This document shows positions 61,523 to 64,000 of a stretch of 64,000 nucleotides of DNA, piece after piece. The notes under the pieces were generated by a model. It did no database searches. It saw nothing but the letters and a program-made list of their open reading frames with translations, and was not told the DNA's origin. A program made the position numbers and the translations under genes. The DNA lies in NCBI GenBank assembly GCA_048268245.1, contig JBLWVX010000012.1:1-64000 (forward strand). The letters run 5' to 3'. Numbering within the stretch: position 1 is the stretch's first letter; every line of letters starts with the position of its first letter. The stretch comes from Arcobacteraceae bacterium (lineage in GTDB: Bacteria > Campylobacterota > Campylobacteria > Campylobacterales > Arcobacteraceae).

Positions 61523-62824
61523 TTATTTACTTTGTTTTGAAATACAACTAACTAAATTAAGTATTTCTTCTTCTGTTTGAGTGTAGTGAATAGATATTCT
61601 AAGCCATCCTGGTTTATTTGAAATATTTGCATCATTAATACCTAATAGGTCATGACCATAAGGTCCTGCACATGAACATCCTGCTCTTGTTTGGAAACCA
61701 TCAGTTGCAGAGATTTTTGCACACAGCTCATAAGGGTCTATACTATTTATATTAAAAGATACAATACCTATATTATCTTCTTGCTGATTTCCATAAATTT
61801 CACAATTTGGAAGTTTATTTAACTCACTTATAAATAGTGTTTTTAGTTTTGTTTTTTGTTCATTTATAAATTCAAAACCTACTTCATTTCTTAGTTGGTA
61901 AGCTAAAGAAGCTCTAATAAACTGTAAAATTCCAGGTGTTCCTGCATCTTCTCTTAATTCGATACTTTTTTGATAAACTTGGCTTTCTTTATTTACATAT
62001 TCAACAGTTCCACCTGCAGCAAAAGTAGGGGATAGTTTAGTGTTGATTAAAGACTTTCTAACTATTAGAAGTCCACATGAACCAGGACCTCCTAGAAGTT
62101 TATGTGGAGACATAAACATAGCATCATAAAGCTCACATGGTACATTCATATAAGGCGAACTTGCAGCTGCATCAAAACATACTAATGCATTATATTTTCT
62201 AAGAAGTTTAGAGATTTTTTTAAAAGGAGTAATAATACCAGTTACATTTGAAGCAATACAGAATGAACCAATAATTTCTCTTCCTTTATTTTTCTTCAAA
62301 ATCTTCTTTAAGTGTTTCATGTCGATTAAACCTTCATCATCAAGTTTAACCCTTTTTATTTCACATAAAGCTTCTCTAAATGATACTTCATTTGAGTGAT
62401 GTTCATAAGGTCCAACTATAACTAAAGGTAATTTTGATTTATCTACTTTTATTTTATATCTCTTTTTAGTTGCAGGAGGAATATAAAGACCCAGTAGTTC
62501 TTGTAAATGTTTAATTGCAGCAGTAGTTCCACAGCCACTTGGAAGTATTGCAAACTCTTCATTTACATCAAGGTTTTTAGCTAAGTTAGTTCTTGCTTGT
62601 TCATAATAGTAAGTTGTTGCTTTTGCATTTGTAGACTCCATAGAATGAGTGTTTGCATAAGTTTCTAAAACATCTCTTATTCTATTTTCAATAGGTCTAA
62701 AAGCAAGTCCTGAAGCAGTATAATCAAAATACTCACTTTTGCTTTTTCCAATAGTATTGTATTTTAAAAAATCTAATTTTTTTGTATTTTCATTAAAAAA
62801 AGGTTTAAATATATCTCGTGTCAT
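61523..62824 (-). CDS. Class V PLP-dependent enzyme (cysteine desulfurase-like)
   Basis: YFDYTASG, EHHSN, SNVTG, SPHKLLGG and RAGCSCAGPY. Confidence 0.9.
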   Translation of the reverse strand: MTRDIFKPFFNENTKKLDFLKYNTIGKSKSEYFDYTASGLAFRPIENRIRDVLETYANTHSMESTNAKATTYYYEQARTNLAKNLDVNEEFAILPSGCGTTAAIKHLQELLGLYIPPATKKRYKIKVDKSKLPLVIVGPYEHHSNEVSFREALCEIKRVKLDDEGLIDMKHLKKILKKNKGREIIGSFCIASNVTGIITPFKKISKLLRKYNALVCFDAAASSPYMNVPCELYDAMFMSPHKLLGGPGSCGLLIVRKSLINTKLSPTFAAGGTVEYVNKESQVYQKSIELREDAGTPGILQFIRASLAYQLRNEVGFEFINEQKTKLKTLFISELNKLPNCEIYGNQQEDNIGIVSFNINSIDPYELCAKISATDGFQTRAGCSCAGPYGHDLLGINDANISNKPGWLRISIHYTQTEEEILNLVSCISKQSK

Positions 62825-62899
62825 TTTTGCTCATTAAATTAGTTAGGATTATTAGCTTTATAATTTTAAGTTATTTTTCATAAGAGTTTGCTTGTGTAT

Positions 62900-62930
62900 C
62901 GTATAAGAGCGTTCATATGACTCTTATACG
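62900..62930. terminator. Hairpin at the 3' end of the reductase-like gene
   Basis: CGTATAAGAG-N11-CTCTTATACG. Confidence 0.6.
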
Positions 62931-64000
62931 AAAGGATTAAATTCTATTGCTTCTAGATCTTTTGCAAAATCTTGTGATTTGCCTGTTGGTGCATCTAAAA
63001 CTATTACATTTGCTTTATGTGTAAGTTTTACTTTTGATGCTCCATATTTTTCAAGTAAGTTTATAAGTTGTTCTATTTTTTGTGAACCAATATCTAGAGT
63101 TTTTAGTTTACAACCAATATAACTTTGATTTTCAATTTTACTTTCATTGATTCCAAGTCTTGGAGCTTTTCCTTCAACGAACTCTTCATCAATATCAAAA
63201 TCTTTTATTCTAAAAGTCACTGATGAGTCTAAAATATCAAAGAATTTACTAAATCCCCAAGATCCAACTAGGTATTGAAAAGTACTATCTTCAATTTCAT
63301 CTCTTATTCCAAAATCTTTATAGATTTTAGCAATAGCTCTTGCTGTTGGGATAATTTGAGAAGATGTAATAAATCCTAAATGCTCACCTATAACTCTAAG
63401 TGAGTAAACAACTTTACCTTTTTCATTTTTTGTTGCATTAAAGCTTATATCAGGTGTGTATGTTAAAGCACAACCTTGAGCATAACCACTTACTGCAATT
63501 GTTAATTCATTTGGTAAGTTAGAGAAGTTTTTATTGCCTATAAATGTTTCATTTAATTTAGCTGCAATACTACTTACATCTGCTATTTGTGTTTTGTCTA
63601 TTCCATTTACAGGACATGTAATTATATTTTTTACATTATGTCCTGCTTCAAAAATAGTTTTTAATCCTACATTTTGTAGAAGATTAAAAATCTCAGGTAG
63701 ATTATGCATTCTTAGCCATTTAAATTCAACTTTTTGATAAGTATTAAAAAGTAAACTATCTTTAGCAAATTTCTTAGATATAGTTAACAATGTATTTAAT
63801 TGTTCTAGGTTTAATTGTCCTAAAGGTAGAGGCACTTTAAGTCTAAAGTAGTCTTCTGTATCCTCTTGTTTATGAATACCATACCATTTAAACCTAATAA
63901 GGTCTTCTGGGCTAGCTTTTTCACCTAAAACAGCATAGATATAGATGTCACTTATAACATCTAATCCATCCTTATTTTTTTTTATTTGCTCTATATCCAT
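62924..64000 (-). CDS. Nitrite/sulfite reductase-like protein lacking the C-terminal siroheme/Fe-S domain
   Basis: IEQIKKNKDGL, FKWYGI, FRLKVP..GQL and NVKNIITCP. ATG sits exactly at the window edge, so the start is unconfirmed. Confidence 0.75.
   Translation of the reverse strand: MDIEQIKKNKDGLDVISDIYIYAVLGEKASPEDLIRFKWYGIHKQEDTEDYFRLKVPLPLGQLNLEQLNTLLTISKKFAKDSLLFNTYQKVEFKWLRMHNLPEIFNLLQNVGLKTIFEAGHNVKNIITCPVNGIDKTQIADVSSIAAKLNETFIGNKNFSNLPNELTIAVSGYAQGCALTYTPDISFNATKNEKGKVVYSLRVIGEHLGFITSSQIIPTARAIAKIYKDFGIRDEIEDSTFQYLVGSWGFSKFFDILDSSVTFRIKDFDIDEEFVEGKAPRLGINESKIENQSYIGCKLKTLDIGSQKIEQLINLLEKYGASKVKLTHKANVIVLDAPTGKSQDFAKDLEAIEFNPFV

Overview
AT-rich chromosomal window from a Campylobacterota bacterium, most likely Arcobacteraceae (inferred from gene content and order). 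It spans the replication origin (ruvC ... dnaA-dnaN-gyrB). Most genes are housekeeping or signalling: tonB-exbB-exbD, proA, chrA, ccoG, hcp, hsp20, purB-nrdA-nrdB, SRP RNA, queF, purN, glutaminase, typA, two-component and chemotaxis genes. No CRISPR array, rRNA, canonical tRNA or transposase was seen. Three things stand out. (1) A PrtD/E/F-type type I secretion cassette is headed by a 78-aa protein made of four 11-residue Gly/aliphatic repeats and an acidic tail; it is the only candidate substrate nearby. (2) This cassette lies between dnaA and the DnaA-box cluster next to ruvC, apparently splitting the bipartite origin by about 6 kb. (3) An orphan 129-aa, possibly RNase-fold ORF after nrdB abuts a 50%-GC, 100-nt element that folds by hand into a tRNA-like four-way junction, a candidate protein/RNA module. 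Several gene remnants, unannotated small ORFs and regulatory sites (tandem CIRCE plus HAIR, an Fnr-type box) are also visible. Product calls come from motif recognition by eye; no searches were run.
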